64,000 bases of DNA, taken from the NCBI GenBank assembly GCA_964016885.1, contig OZ024741.1, forward strand, positions 326,120,001 to 326,184,000, in the 5' to 3' direction. Position numbers and translations under genes: made by a program. Below, in pieces: positions 1 to 13,966 of this stretch (the stretch's first letter is position 1; each line of letters starts with the position of its first letter). The notes beneath the pieces were generated by a model that saw only the letters and a program-made list of their open reading frames with translations, was not told the origin of the DNA and ran no database searches. The stretch comes from Eledone cirrhosa. Lineage: Eukaryota.

Positions 1-582
1 CACGCACACATATTTTACAACCTACCACCTTTCACACCCTTTGATTTCCAACTTCTACAGCCCACTATCTTTCACACACACACACACTCACACATATACA
101 CACTTACACTTATACACACACAGTCACACACACATATATATTTACATACACATATCTTACGGCTTTCACACGCTAACGCACCCTCTTGTTTTAACCCATT
201 TGGTCAGTAGCTTTTGCCACAGCTTATCACGCGCACGCGCATTCTTTCCCTCGTTTAAATTTTAAATATTTTTCTCCCCACAACGGCATTCCTGTCTTAA
301 CGACATCCCCACTTTCTCCGCTTGGCCTGTTTTCCCCCCTTTTGGAACTTTTCCCCCGTTGATGGGCGTGAGCCCGAAATATTGGGATTAAATCTCTACT
401 ACGGTAACCCTTCTACCTTTGTTTTGTTTTCATCTTTGTCTCTCTCAACTTTCACTTTCATCTGTCTGTTTTCCTATCTATATTTCACTTCCTACCTCGA
501 GATTTCCCTTTGCATTGTTGTGGCTTTCTTAAATACGTATTTTTACACATTTCACAATGCTTCAAGCAAACTTTAACACCCT

Positions 583-1020
<438 letters not shown>

Positions 1021-1421
1021 ACATGGAGAAAGAGACGATTATGAGGAAGAAAAATATATTTGTTTTCCTTTTTTGTTTCTCTCTCTCTTTTTTTCTGGGT
1101 TAGAAAATGATTGAAACGAAATGTTTTACTTTCTGTGAAGTGTTAAGTTATTAGTTGATTTATTTATTATTGAACAATGACATTTATTTATCTATTTGTA
1201 TATTTAATTATTGTCTATTACCGGTTTCAGCAATTATATGAATTATCAAATGATAGTGATATGTATTAGTGTGGTGCCGCACATCTTAAACAGAAGGTGC
1301 AGAAAGAATAATGTTATATACAAACAAGGTTTAAGAAGTGAAAAGAAAAAAGAGAAAGGAAAAAAAAAACGTGCATAATGTGGAACGTAAAAAAGTCAAT
1401 GTGGAAGAAAAAATAATGTTA

Positions 1422-1511
<90 letters not shown>

Positions 1512-1521
1512 ATTATTTTTT

Positions 1522-1574
<53 letters not shown>

Positions 1575-2080
1575 ATATATATTAATAAAAGGAATTCACA
1601 CTTTGTCTGATTTACTCGTTTTATTTACAATCCTTTAAAATTATAATGATATTATAATGAAATCGTATGGTAGAATATTAAATGTTAAGTGTTAATTGAA
1701 CAAATACTTTCATGCTTTCGCAATCTTTACGTTCATATTCTGTGGCGACAGTCAATACAATCTGATTTCCTCTCTCTACTCCTTTAAAATTCGATAAAAC
1801 GACATACATGCTTACAAACTTCCTTTAGGAACGCCGAAGAGAGAGAGAAGAGAGAGAGAGGGAGAGAGAGAGAGAACGTTTGTTTTTGAGTGTGGAACGG
1901 TCAAACATTTATTTACTTCAATGACAAAGAGAACTTATTACATTTCATACGAAACAACAATTATTCAAAAGCAACAGATAAATGTATTCAACAACAAAAA
2001 CAATAGCGATAAATCTTTTTAAAACCTCTCAACGAACGTGGAAGAAAGAAGTATCAGTTTATTTACTATACACAATAATA

Positions 2081-2357
2081 TCCCCTATGTGGTCACTAAA
2101 CCTGCTAGAAACAGCAGCTAACTCTCCCCCATATCACACCCCTCCCTACTGTCTTAAACTTAGAAAACATATTCTCTATGAGGTCACTAAACCTGCTAGA
2201 AACAGCAGCTAACTCTCCCCCATATAACACCACTCCCTACTGCCTTAAATTTAGAAAACACATATCCTCTATGGGGTCACTAAACATGCTAGAAACAGCA
2301 GCTAACTCTCCCACATATCACACCCCTCCCTACTGTCTTAAATTTAGAAAACACACA
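2081..2357 (+). repeat. Three tandem copies of a ~91-93 bp unit (interspersed-repeat derived)
   Basis: ggtcactaaa(c/a)...tgctagaaacagcagctaactctccc recurs at 2091, 2182 and 2275; diverged relatives at ~57700-57990. Confidence 0.9.
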
Positions 2358-2439
2358 TTAGACAACCATGCAGAACTACTCCATCGCAGCCCCGTTGTTC
2401 GGCTGGCATCGTCTACGCGCGTGTTGCGCAAGTAAACAA

Positions 2440-2645
2440 TAAATTTCAACACTTCTTTGCACAGAGATAATATCCATAGGCGAAACTACATTGTCACTGC
2501 TGGCGCAGCTCCTGCTTCGGCAGTCCAGGTCTGCAATTCATTCACCCAGTGCCTGGCAGACAAAAATGTGCTGCCATAAAATGGGTGGTGCAACCTAACT
2601 TTGGTAACTTACTGACCCCGAGCAACGACGGGCTTTAATGCTAGT
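2440..2645 (+). mobile_element. Helitron 3' terminal fragment
   Basis: Ends ccccgagcaacgacggg-ctttaatg-CTAG|T (subterminal hairpin plus CTAG), resembling the ends at 25381 and 61261. 5' boundary uncertain. Confidence 0.6.
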
Positions 2646-2720
2646 ATATATATGTGTGTGTGTGTATGTGTGTGTGTATATATATATAATATATGTAATC
2701 TGAGATTTTCGAATATTAAT

Positions 2721-2905
2721 AATTATTTCTACTTTTGGCACAAGACCAGAAATTATCCCAGTGCATTACTGGTGCTTTATTTCATCGGTCCAGTAAGGAT
2801 GAATTGCAAAGTTAACCTTGTCGGGATTTGAACTCAAACCATAAAGGGCCATAATTCTATGCTGCAAAATATGGCGTCCGACCCTCCATCGATTCTGCCA
2901 ATCCA
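2721..2905 (-). mobile_element. tRNA-derived SINE, octopus-type family A
   Basis: Reverse strand has ggcagaatcg...gagttcaaatcc (B-box-like)...ttcatcc...accag...cttgtgccaaaa; homologous to copies at 6470, 17157, 27377, 54936, 58072. Confidence 0.8.
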
Positions 2906-2988
2906 ATTCGATTCGTTTGTAATTATGCAAACAGCCTCTTTTAAGCCATGTCAGTAGAATGAGCCCCTCGTTCTTGCCCTTCTGTTAG

Positions 2989-3065
<77 letters not shown>

Positions 3066-3068
<3 letters not shown>

Positions 3069-4750
3069 AATGAATAATAACAGGTAGACATCATAAAAAG
3101 GTAGTTTATTCCGTGTGCTTACAAGTGTTTGCACGGTGGTGCTGCAGCCTAGTTCCGCTACGTGCAAATTCACAAGTATTTGCAGAACTCGAATATCCAA
3201 TGCTGTGACCACTGTTTCCTCAGAGCAGAATGGTAAATATACAATGTAAAAACCCTTAAGTGGGGTTGTTGGGGAAGATATAGTGGAACAGGAAGAGAGA
3301 AAAGTAGGGAAGAAGGAGAGAGAAGGAAAGATATGCAGGGGTTGGAGAAGTAGGAGAGAGTGGCTTGTAGATATCTTAATCAAAATGTTATGGTAGGGGT
3401 TTTATTAGTTACTTTTGGAGAGATGCGTAGATAGTTGAGGTCGGAATTATTTATTGCCCCAGAGGGCAGTTTCATAAATGTTGAGAGGGAGGTAGGTCAA
3501 AGGTGAGAGAGAGAGAGTGTAATGGATGTAGAGAGAGATATATAGGTAGAGAGGGGACAGATAAATATGTGTGGTGAGTGAACTTTTGGTTTTGTAGTAG
3601 TATTCTAGGAGTTGTACTGAGTTACCATGTATAGTGATAAGCAGTGTATTGTCTTGTAGTGTGGGGGGGAAGAGAAGGTTGTTAGCTAGAAAGTGGTGTT
3701 GTAGTTACGGGTTCGAATGTTAAGTTATTTTATAGTGAGAGAATTTAGCTTTTAGTTTGTGGTTGCAGTATAATGATCGTTCAATTCTATCGTTAAGTAG
3801 TTTGTTTTTGGATTTTAGTATGTAAAATAGCTCAAGGTTACATAACCTGCAGTACTTCAGACCACTCCGATATGTATTTGCGCTGGAAAGTATATCCCAT
3901 TTTAAGGTGAACTGTTGGTTGTGTTCACGGAGTTGCCAGGTCTTGTTGGCGAGCGTGGTCACAAAACGGTGATTCTGATGTTTGATTGAGAATCGATGAC
4001 GGTACCAGCGAGATTTAAACGATGTGGTGGTAGATCCGATATAATACCATTTCTGGTCGTCCGATTCAACCGTGCATTGGTAAACAATGTTGGACTTTAG
4101 GCATTCATTCTGCAATGGACATCTTTCAGGTAGATGGCAGTTACATGCTTTGTTGTGGGTAGCGGGTATACCATGGATAGGTTGTGATAGCGGTACAGGT
4201 GGGTTGTGCAATACCCGTCTCCCATTTAGTGGTTGGGAGGCAGATATTGCGTTCTGCCCATCTGTTACTAAAATGTTTTGTTTTGTAGAGTTGTTTAATT
4301 GCCTTAAGTTAAGTTTTTTTATGTATGCTTCAAGGTTTGGTGCCGTGGATACAATAGAATACATCGATAGTAATTTCCACAACACACATAGCTCTACACG
4401 TAATCTAGGTATACGTAACCGGGGGACTAAAACACAAGCACACACACACTGTACTACCAGACATACTAATAATAGAAGATCACCACCAAATAAATCACGT
4501 TGTAGAAAGTATATCTGGTATAATCCTATTTTTAATGCCTCGATTAGTACAAAACTATCTCTTTCATTCTTTAAATTAATCAATAAACACTTCCCTAGTT
4601 CCCATAAGTACAGCAAAATTCTGAACTCCAAAACTATTAGACTATCATACTCCACGGCACCAAACCTCGAAGCATACATAAAAAACTTAACTTAAGGCAA
4701 TTAAACAACTCTACAAAACAAAACATTTTAGTAACAGATGGGCAGAAATT
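3066..4750 (-). mobile_element. Penelope-like element (Neptune-type), 5'-truncated with internal inversion
   Basis: Minus 3720-4350 encodes CNC..CPL..CL..NIVYQC..YYIGST..FKSRW..H..CRLC GIY-YIG domain. Plus 4350-4748 encodes the upstream linker (IWYNPIF..KHFP..H..KILN..IRLSYS). Flanked by TA/CA tracts. Confidence 0.85.
3720..4350 (-). pseudogene. PLE GIY-YIG endonuclease domain (3' part of ORF 3720..4679)
   Basis: NIVY...YYIG motifs, conserved Arg/His/Glu and Cys clusters typical of PLE endonucleases. Confidence 0.85.
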
Positions 4751-4766
4751 TCTACACACACACACA

Positions 4767-4826
<60 letters not shown>

Positions 4827-5353
4827 CACATAAGAGTTCTCTTGCTTTGCAATTGAACCGGGGACAACATGACTGGGAGCGAAACTTACTAAACTACACA
4901 GCTATAACCAGTTTTCTTTGTATATATACAAAAAGCAGACAAACAACTAAACAGCAAACAAACAAAAAGTTTAATATAAAACATGAAACTCGTCAAAATA
5001 TAAAATGATTTACAATATGAGATGATTTAGAGAACATAATGATTGAATATCGATGCCTCACCCCATCGTGTTAATTGGGTGATAATGAATATCAACTATC
5101 GTTTTCTGGACAACAAACATTGATTATAGTATTTACATTTAAATATTATCTATATGTTATATATTGTAATTCATTTTATATTGTTAAAGTTATTTATGTT
5201 AAGTCCTTTGTTCTACATATCAAAGAAAACCATATACTACACACACACGCACACACACACATACACACACACATATATATATATATATAAAAATATATAT
5301 TATACGTGTATATATGTATATATATATATATACACATACACACACAAACACAC

Positions 5354-5432
<79 letters not shown>

Positions 5433-6064
5433 TACATTTATATAGGCAGAGAAGTGGCAAAATAATTGGATGGTCGGGAAGCTTTTTGTTATTTGTTCCG
5501 TTTATCTTAGTTCTGATTTAAAATTACACCAAGTTAAACATTGTGTTTCATCAATTACACGTCGGTAATGACAGTTCTTGCCTAGTGCTAGGGTCGCTCC
5601 CTCTTCTGTATATGGTTTTCAGATCTTTTGGAAGAAATTGGCAGTGTTCAGATATAGAAAGTTTTGAGTTCCACCAGGTTTAATTTGACCGAGACAGACA
5701 ATATGGCAAAACGTTCCCCAAATTACTCTATTAGGGTCCATACATAGCGTGGTTTGAGGGTCATTTAGCTAATGTTTCCTTCGAGAATAGGTAAGACCAT
5801 ATGGAGGTTGAAATCGGGTGTGTACAAAAATGGAGAGGGATAGGATCCGCTATATTTCATTGCCCAAGACGGCGTCCCTACAACTTCAATGGATACCCCC
5901 CCCCCCTCTAGATACACACACACACACACATACACACATACACATATATATCATTTTGAGTATGCATTCAGTTCCTCAGAGTATCAAAACCACACTCCGG
6001 ATCTGAAAATATCAACGAATTAACAAGGTAAAATCTATTCCAACATTTACTGTTCAAGTTCTAA

Positions 6065-6121
6065 CTGCCTGATGAGGTCACAGCTGCTGAGTAATGGCTA
6101 GCACCGAAATATATATAGCAG
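6065..6121 (+). ncRNA. Type I hammerhead ribozyme motif
   Basis: ctgc-CTGATGA-ggt...acc-GAAA-tatata-TA-gcag: stem I ctgc/gcag, stem II ggt/acc, palindromic stem III. Confidence 0.7.
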
Positions 6122-6122
6122 C

Positions 6123-6188
<66 letters not shown>

Positions 6189-6205
6189 AAATGGAGATAT
6201 TACAT

Positions 6206-6460
6206 TTTTATTACATTTATTGAGGCGTGACGCGAGTTTAGCGATTGATCAGCTCAAGGTTCGATCTTTATCGATCGGATCCGAATCTGGAATCAAAAGG
6301 TAGTCGGACTTCTGTTATAGTAATGATCATTCTGTCATTACATTACCATAACAGAAGTCCAATGAACTTTGATTCCAGAGTCAGGTCCGATCGCTAGAGA
6401 TCGAACCATGAGCTGAAAAATCATAAAACGTGCGTTACACCTCAATAAATGTAAAGAAAA
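6206..6460. repeat. ~250-bp imperfect fold-back (inverted arms ~120 bp)
   Basis: ttacatttattgagg/cctcaataaatgtaa, ggttcgatct/agatcgaacc, tctggaatcaaa/tttgattccaga, ggacttctgttat/ataacagaagtcc. Confidence 0.9.
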
Positions 6461-6469
6461 TTCAACACC

Positions 6470-6620
6470 ACCATGCTTTGAAGCATAGTGTTACCACCCT
6501 TTACGATCTGAGTTCAAATCCCGTTAGGTTAACTTTGCTTTTCATCCTTACGGGGTCGATAAAACACCAGAAATGCACTGGTATAATTGTTGGCCTTGTG
6601 CCAAATGTAGAAACAATTAT
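6470..6620 (+). mobile_element. SINE family A, 5'-truncated
   Basis: ctgagttcaaatcc...ttcatccttacggggtcgataaaa...ggccttgtgccaaatgtagaaacaatt. Confidence 0.75.
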
Positions 6621-6738
6621 TATTACACTCTTCTTAGTACAGCACCAATATACCTACTGGAAACTACGTATTGAGAGCTCTGGTAACCTACAGTAACTTG
6701 ACGCTACAATCCCTAAACTCTCTCTCTCTCTCTTTCTT

Positions 6739-6775
<37 letters not shown>

Positions 6776-7065
6776 CATAAAACATGTCTATATATATATA
6801 TATCATTATGATCAGTCAGTCACAAACGTTTTGGAATATAGATATATGTATGTGTGTTGTGTGTGTGTGTATGTGAGTGCAAGTCTCACCTTTCGAGAAC
6901 GAAAAATGAGCGTCCAGTTCTTCTGATCCACTGAGCAACCTACACAATGATTTAAACTTAATGTGACTAAGTATTCAACAAACGCATGTAACTTCAACTT
7001 AATTCTCAAGTAAAAATAAACAAGATCCAGTTTGATTGGTCTATGACTGTGTCACGTTGCAACTA

Positions 7066-7255
7066 TCGTATATACTCGACTATAAGTCGAGGAATATGTG
7101 ACAAAAATCGATGGTAAAATGGGCGGTGGGGACGAGCTTATATACGAGATCTAAACACTGTTGGTTAACTGCTTCGGCTTATAAATGGGGTTTGCATATT
7201 TGCCCATTTATCATACATAAAATAGGAAGGTCGACCTATATTCGAGTATATACGG
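7066..7255. mobile_element. MITE, Tc1/mariner superfamily (Tc2/pogo-like TIR)
   Basis: TIRs tcgtatatactcgactataagtcga / tcgacctatattcgagtatatacgg, flanked by TA at 7064-65 and 7256-57. Confidence 0.8.
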
Positions 7256-7627
7256 TAATTGTTAACTACAATATAGCTACACGTGGCTTTGGCATTCTCA
7301 GCTACTTGCACGTTAAATTTAGGGAGCAAGTTATTCTGTGGGTCAAACAACTGGAGCAGTTGTTGACGGAACTGAACACAGTCTAACAACATCAGTCTAT
7401 CTCAAGGGCTTCCGTCCTATCTCCATCTATCACGTTTTACTGTTATGATTCGGGTCGACATGTTGTATTGATCACGGGACCTCATGCTTATAAATATAAA
7501 TCCATAACGGCTTCTCCATGCTTGAGTATATATATATATATATACAAACAAATACACATACACACAAACAAACACATAATTTATATGTATATAAATGTAA
7601 AGATATACATATTTATATACATATATG

Positions 7628-7769
<142 letters not shown>

Positions 7770-8003
7770 GTAATTGCATAAAAAACAAACGTAATTGATA
7801 GATTGGTTGATAGATATGATGATAATAGTTTCAAAGAGAACATTGTGTATCTTCTGGCATTAAAATTGAAAAACAGCTCTCTGTATGTAGCCACCATATT
7901 TGTTTTCAAATTTCAACAATCGAATTAAGGTTTGCTTTTGTCTTTAAATAACTAATACATTATTGATTCGTATAATAATGTGGAAGAAACAGACAAACCA
8001 ATA

Positions 8004-8118
<115 letters not shown>

Positions 8119-8336
8119 ATGTGTGTGTGTGTGTGTATGTGTGTGTATGCCTTTTGTAAAAAGGGTTACTTTGTTCCAGAATTGACATTTTCTATTAGAT
8201 AATTGCATTACAGTGTTACTGGGAGGATTTATAGTCATTTTACAGATCTTTATATAGGTAGGCGTGGTTTAGATATGTGTTTATATATGTGTGCGTATGT
8301 GTTTGTGTGTTCGTGTGTTTTTATGTGTGTGTATGT

Positions 8337-8428
<92 letters not shown>

Positions 8429-10074
8429 GTGTCTATCTTAGGACTACACCGGTATGCAAGACGAATTTTGCGTACTGGTGTACGTTGTTAACACCGGTAC
8501 AACCTGCTCCTGAATTTAATGTATATGACGGTGCATTGCATATATACCACAAGAAACATGTACCCTTAACGTAGTTGTCAAGGTGATATTCAGCCTAGAA
8601 ACATGTTCCCTTAACATAGTTGTCATGGTGATTCAGCTTAGAAACCTCTACGCTTAACATAGTTGTCATGGTGATTCAGTGTAACACAGAGTGTGACATG
8701 ACTGGCCGTTTAATTTATAGGTACCGCTCACTTTTCAGAAGACATACGTCTTATGAAAAACCATTGATATTATATCAAACTTATTGAGCTGTATCTAATA
8801 AACACAGACCACACTATTAGCAAGAACATGAAAGAAAGAAAAAATGAAATGAAATGAAAAAAAGAAGGAAAAAAAAAGGATCAAGCAACGGAAGAAGCTA
8901 TACCCCAGTTTGAGCGGTGTCTCAGATGCGCTCCTGGACAAAATGGCAAAGGCATTACCGTTGAAATAGACAAGAGAAATGTGAAATAAAATGTTTGGCT
9001 CAGGTACACAATGCGTCATCGGGAATCGAACTGACGGACTTACAACCGGGACCCTAATACCCTACCCTCTAAGTCAGAAGCCTTCACACTTAGACGCAGT
9101 GTGATACCAGTACAGTTTGTCCATCGTGACCTTATACTATTATATTTTTTGGAGGGAGGTATTATATGTTAACTTAACATCTTTGAAATGTTAACTCTTT
9201 GTAACATCTTGATTAAAGGCTTAGAGAGTTATACAGTCACTCCATCCTTGGTCCCTACAAAAATTGAATTTGATTCAAAAGAGGCACAGCTTTCATCCAG
9301 CAAGTTCTGCAAATATAAACACACAGGGACAGACAGGCACACGCACATACACTCATACTGAGGCACTCACACTTGCACACAGGCACTCTCATTTATGCAC
9401 ACACATACATTCACGCACATATACAGACAGACTGGCACGCACATACACACGTACACACAAACAGACACACACAAGCATAGGAAAACTAACATGCACACAC
9501 AGAGGCACCAACACATATACACACAGGCACACCCACGCCCACTCACACACACCGATACACACACAGCGACGCACACACACACAGACACACCGACACACAC
9601 ACACACACACACACACCAACACACACACGCAAAAGCGTTGCAGGCTTGAGAGGAAGCATTGTTTTAGTAATAATTTCGGAAACCAAAGAAGTGAACTGCA
9701 ATATTTTTATCTTTGTGATATTAAGGTTATTAAGGAAATCCTTCACGTTATCTTGAAGTAATTCTCTTTTCAAAACATTCTTTGAAATCGTCAACAAACG
9801 CCAATGGAGTTTCATTCCATTAGTCTACATTGATTTCTTAGCTAAACATCTGCTACATCCCATAAAAACGTTAGAACATCGGATTATGTATCTCGGCCTT
9901 TGTTCCAGCCTTCAGTACCCTGCGTTCAATACCCACAGGAGACAACATCATCTGTCATACTTTCGGGGCGCGGGGAGGGGGGGGGGGGTCGATTAATAAA
10001 GCATCCTGGAGTAGATTGGCAGAATTGTTAAAGAATCGAATCTAATAATTTGCAGTATCTAATTAGATTTTTCA

Positions 10075-10215
10075 TGAAGGCGCGTGGCTTATGGTTAAAT
10101 TATTAAACTCGCAATCATGAGGTTGCTAGATATATTCCAGAACCTGGTGATTCGTTATGTTCTTGAGCCAGACACTTTATTTCACGTTGCTCTTTGCGTC
10201 AGTCGTTGTGACCGG
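10075..10215 (+). mobile_element. SINE family B (tRNA-like head)
   Basis: gaaggcgcgtggcttatggtta...tgttcttgagc...actttatttcacgttgctc; related pieces at ~8990-9090(-), 44695-44800(-), 46095-46410(+), 56380-56800(-). Confidence 0.6.
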
Positions 10216-11668
10216 TAAGTAGTATCAGCAATGGAAAGACCAATGAAAACATTGTTTCTTTGGTCCGATTTGACTAGTTCCATCAGACTCGCTAACGTCT
10301 TGTTGATAATTTTCTTCTTTTTCTTCAATCAGACTATGAGTTCAAATCCTGGTTCATTCTGCTTAGATATGCAGCCAGTAGATATTATCAGCAATGGAAA
10401 GACCGATGTAGAAATGGTGTTCTTATTCCCATGTAATAATCAGTTATTTTCCTTTCTTTCATTCCAACGTTTGAAGCCAAGCAGTAGAGAGTGTGTTTTG
10501 TTCTTACTGTTTATTTGATTTTTTTTTATAGCTATACATCAACGGTTTAAAGCACGGTGATCGCAAAGCCTTAGAAATAGGTGAAGCCCCGGTTATTCAT
10601 GGATCTCTAAGGATTCATGGTAGCCTGGGGATCTGCGAAAGCAGATGAATTAAGTGTCACCACAGTTACCGTCATGGTTGTAGACTGTTAGACTATTTAA
10701 AACATTAAATAGAATGATTTACGTTCTTAGTTGAAATATTGCCTTTTATTCTTTCGAGATGGATAAGTAAAAACACAAACAAAAACAGTTCAGTACTGAG
10801 GTCGATCTTTCCACTATATCTCTCTCTCACTTCCTCGAAGAAAATGACTGCATTTCAGACCTGGAGAGGGATGGACTTTGTTGTATGTCATGAAGGTGTC
10901 CATATGACTCCATTGAGTGTTAAAGGACCATGAATAACAGGGCATTATCGTCTATATAATTACAACCTTATGAGTGAGTTAAACAGATGCTATGCTAAAG
11001 GAAAATTGCCATTGGTAGCAAGGAAGCTTCATCGAACGTGGCACCGCGTGATTGCGAAACAAACGCCTTCACAACAACGGCCTGTCATAGTCTGAGAGGA
11101 AATTCTATTATATGCAGCTATAAATTGTTAATAAAATAACTATCAAAATCAGAATGCAAGCAGATCTTACACTTCATCACTGCATCATATAAAAGAAATA
11201 TAAAAACGAGGAGGTAATAAAAACAATACAATACACACATATGTGTAATATCCACACAACTTCATATTTCTATGATGCACCATAGCACAATGTATTTCGC
11301 ATCATACCAGCCCCAAACAATAGAACACAATCTTCTTAGCGACACGACTAGAAATCGCACTGTAGAAATTTTAATTAGTCACGGTCCTGGAGAGCAGAAT
11401 TTCCCAAACACGGCAGCTAAGCTCAATAAATAGATTAATAAGGGACACTTTTTAAATATAATTCTATTTAACATGCCGTGATGAGCAGTGTTACATACTA
11501 TTGCATAGTATCAGTACACTCAAATACACACAAACACGCGCGCGCGCACACACACACACACACACACATACACACACACACACACATATATATATATAGA
11601 GAGAGAGATGCATGGATATGCGCAACACGCATACATACACACTCATACATACATGTATATATGTATAA

Positions 11669-11745
<77 letters not shown>

Positions 11746-11983
11746 TGATCGAGTATCGAAAAATCGGCGCACGAGTTCACGATAAACAATATTCGAAATG
11801 AGCGGCAGAGGGCTCAATAATTCAATTGAATCAGAGCTATAACTATCGTTAAAATACCGTCACACATAGAACAAGTCTACAATCAACCATACGATAAAAA
11901 ATCGATAATAGAAGATTCGGGACAAACAGATAAAAAATATCAATAAAACAATACATCAATAATTTAAATGAATGTAAAATCAT

Positions 11984-12118
11984 ACCCGGACCCACTAGAA
12001 AGGTGTTAAATCTAGCTTCTTGGGTTTCTGTAAATCCTTAGACTGTACTCTATCAGCTCACATATAAATATAAAAGCCTACTAGAGCAAGAGGAATGGAG
12101 TTTACTTCATCAACGAGC
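11984..12118 (-). ncRNA. Hammerhead-like motif, array unit 1
   Basis: gctcg-TTGATGA-a-gtaaa...(long stem II)...tttac-a-GAAA-ccca...tggg-TC-cgggt. Confidence 0.65.
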
Positions 12119-12599
12119 TTTTTTCCTAGCGGATAAGGGGCTAACCACCAGTGAAAAACGCACATGGCATTAGACAAGGGAGATAACCTCTACATCCGCG
12201 AAAACTATTCGAGGAAATGTGGAAATACACATATCGAATAAGAGTGCTCAATAGACATGTTAAAATAAAACAAAAGCTATTCATCACTCAATAGAATCGA
12301 CAAAAAATGAGCAACAAAATTAACTGGTGGATAGCTATGTCCAGAGCTAAAAATATTAGAAAGATCGAGTATCGAAAAATCGGCGCACGAGTTCACGATA
12401 AACAATATTCGAAATGAGCGGCAGAGGGCTCAATAATTCAATTGAATCAGAGCTATAACTATCGTTAAAATACCGTCACACATAGAACAAGTCTACAATC
12501 AACCATACGATAAAAAATCGATAATAGAAGATTCGGGACAAACAGATAAAAAATATCAATAAAACAATACATCAATAATTTAAATGAATGTAAAATCAT

Positions 12600-12734
12600 A
12601 CCCGGACCCACTAGAAAGGTGTTAAATCTAGCTTCTTGGGTTTCTGTAAATCCTTAGACTGTACTCTATCAGCTCACATATAAATATAAAAGCCTACTAG
12701 AGCAAGAGGAATGGAGTTTACTTCATCAACGAGC
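12600..12734 (-). ncRNA. Hammerhead-like motif, array unit 2
   Basis: Same sequence as unit 1 (+616). Confidence 0.65.
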
Positions 12735-13215
12735 TTTTTTCCTAGCGGATAAGGGGCTAACCACCAGTGAAAAACGCACATGGCATTAGACAAGGGAGAT
12801 AACCTCTACATCCGCGAAAACTATTCGAGGAAATGTGGAAATACACATATCGAATAAGAGTGCTCAATAGACATGTTAAAATAAAACAAAAGCTATTCAT
12901 CACTCAATAGAATCGACAAAAAATGAGCAACAAAATTAACTGGTGGATAGCTATGTCCAGAGCTAAAAATATTAGAAAGATCGAGTATCGAAAAATCGGC
13001 GCACGAGTTCACGATAAACAATATTCGAAATGAGCGGCAGAGGGCTCAATAATTCAATTGAATCAGAGCTATAACTATCGTTAAAATACCGTCACACATA
13101 GAACAAGTCTACAATCAACCATACGATAAAAAATCGATAATAGAAGATTCGGGACAAACAGATAAAAAATATCAATAAAACAATACATCAATAATTTAAA
13201 TGAATGTAAAATCAT

Positions 13216-13350
13216 ACCCGGACCCACTAGAAAGGTGTTAAATCTAGCTTCTTGGGTTTCTGTAAATCCTTAGACTGTACTCTATCAGCTCACATATAAA
13301 TATAAAAGCCTACTAGAGCAAGAGGAATGGAGTTTACTTCATCAACGAGC
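13216..13350 (-). ncRNA. Hammerhead-like motif, array unit 3
   Basis: Same sequence as unit 1 (+1232). Confidence 0.65.
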
Positions 13351-13831
13351 TTTTTTCCTAGCGGATAAGGGGCTAACCACCAGTGAAAAACGCACATGGC
13401 ATTAGACAAGGGAGATAACCTCTACATCCGCGAAAACTATTCGAGGAAATGTGGAAATACACATATCGAATAAGAGTGCTCAATAGACATGTTAAAATAA
13501 AACAAAAGCTATTCATCACTCAATAGAATCGACAAAAAATGAGCAACAAAATGAACTGGTGGATAGCTATGTCCAGAGCTAAAAATATTAGAAAGATCGA
13601 GTATCGAAAAATCGGCGCACGAGTTCACGATAAACAATATTCGAAATGAGCGGCAGAGGACTCAATAATTCAATTGAATCAGAGCTATAACTATCGTTAA
13701 AATACCGTCACACATAGAACAAGTCTACAATCAACCATACGATAAAAAATCGATAATAGAAGATTCGGGACAAACAGATAAAAAATATCAATAAAACAAT
13801 ACATCAATAATTTAAATGAATGTAAAATCAT

Positions 13832-13966
13832 ACCCGGACCCACTAGAAAGGTGTTAAATCTAGCTTCTTGGGTTTCTGTAAATCCTTAGACTGTACTCTA
13901 TCAGCTCACATATAAATATAAAAGCCTACTAGAGCAAGAGGAATGGAGTTTACTTCATCAACGAGC
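13832..13966 (-). ncRNA. Hammerhead-like motif, array unit 4
   Basis: Same sequence as unit 1 (+1848). Confidence 0.65.

Noticed and set aside
2081-2357. CRISPR-like repeat array
   Set aside because: Whole units repeat with no unique spacers; eukaryotic context; no cas genes.
3195-3230. Hammerhead in the Neptune 3' UTR (CTGAGGA-aac on minus)
   Set aside because: Stem II and a separate GAAA are missing; at best a deleted remnant.
9300-9650. His/Thr-rich ORF
   Set aside because: Degenerate (CA)n cryptic repeat.
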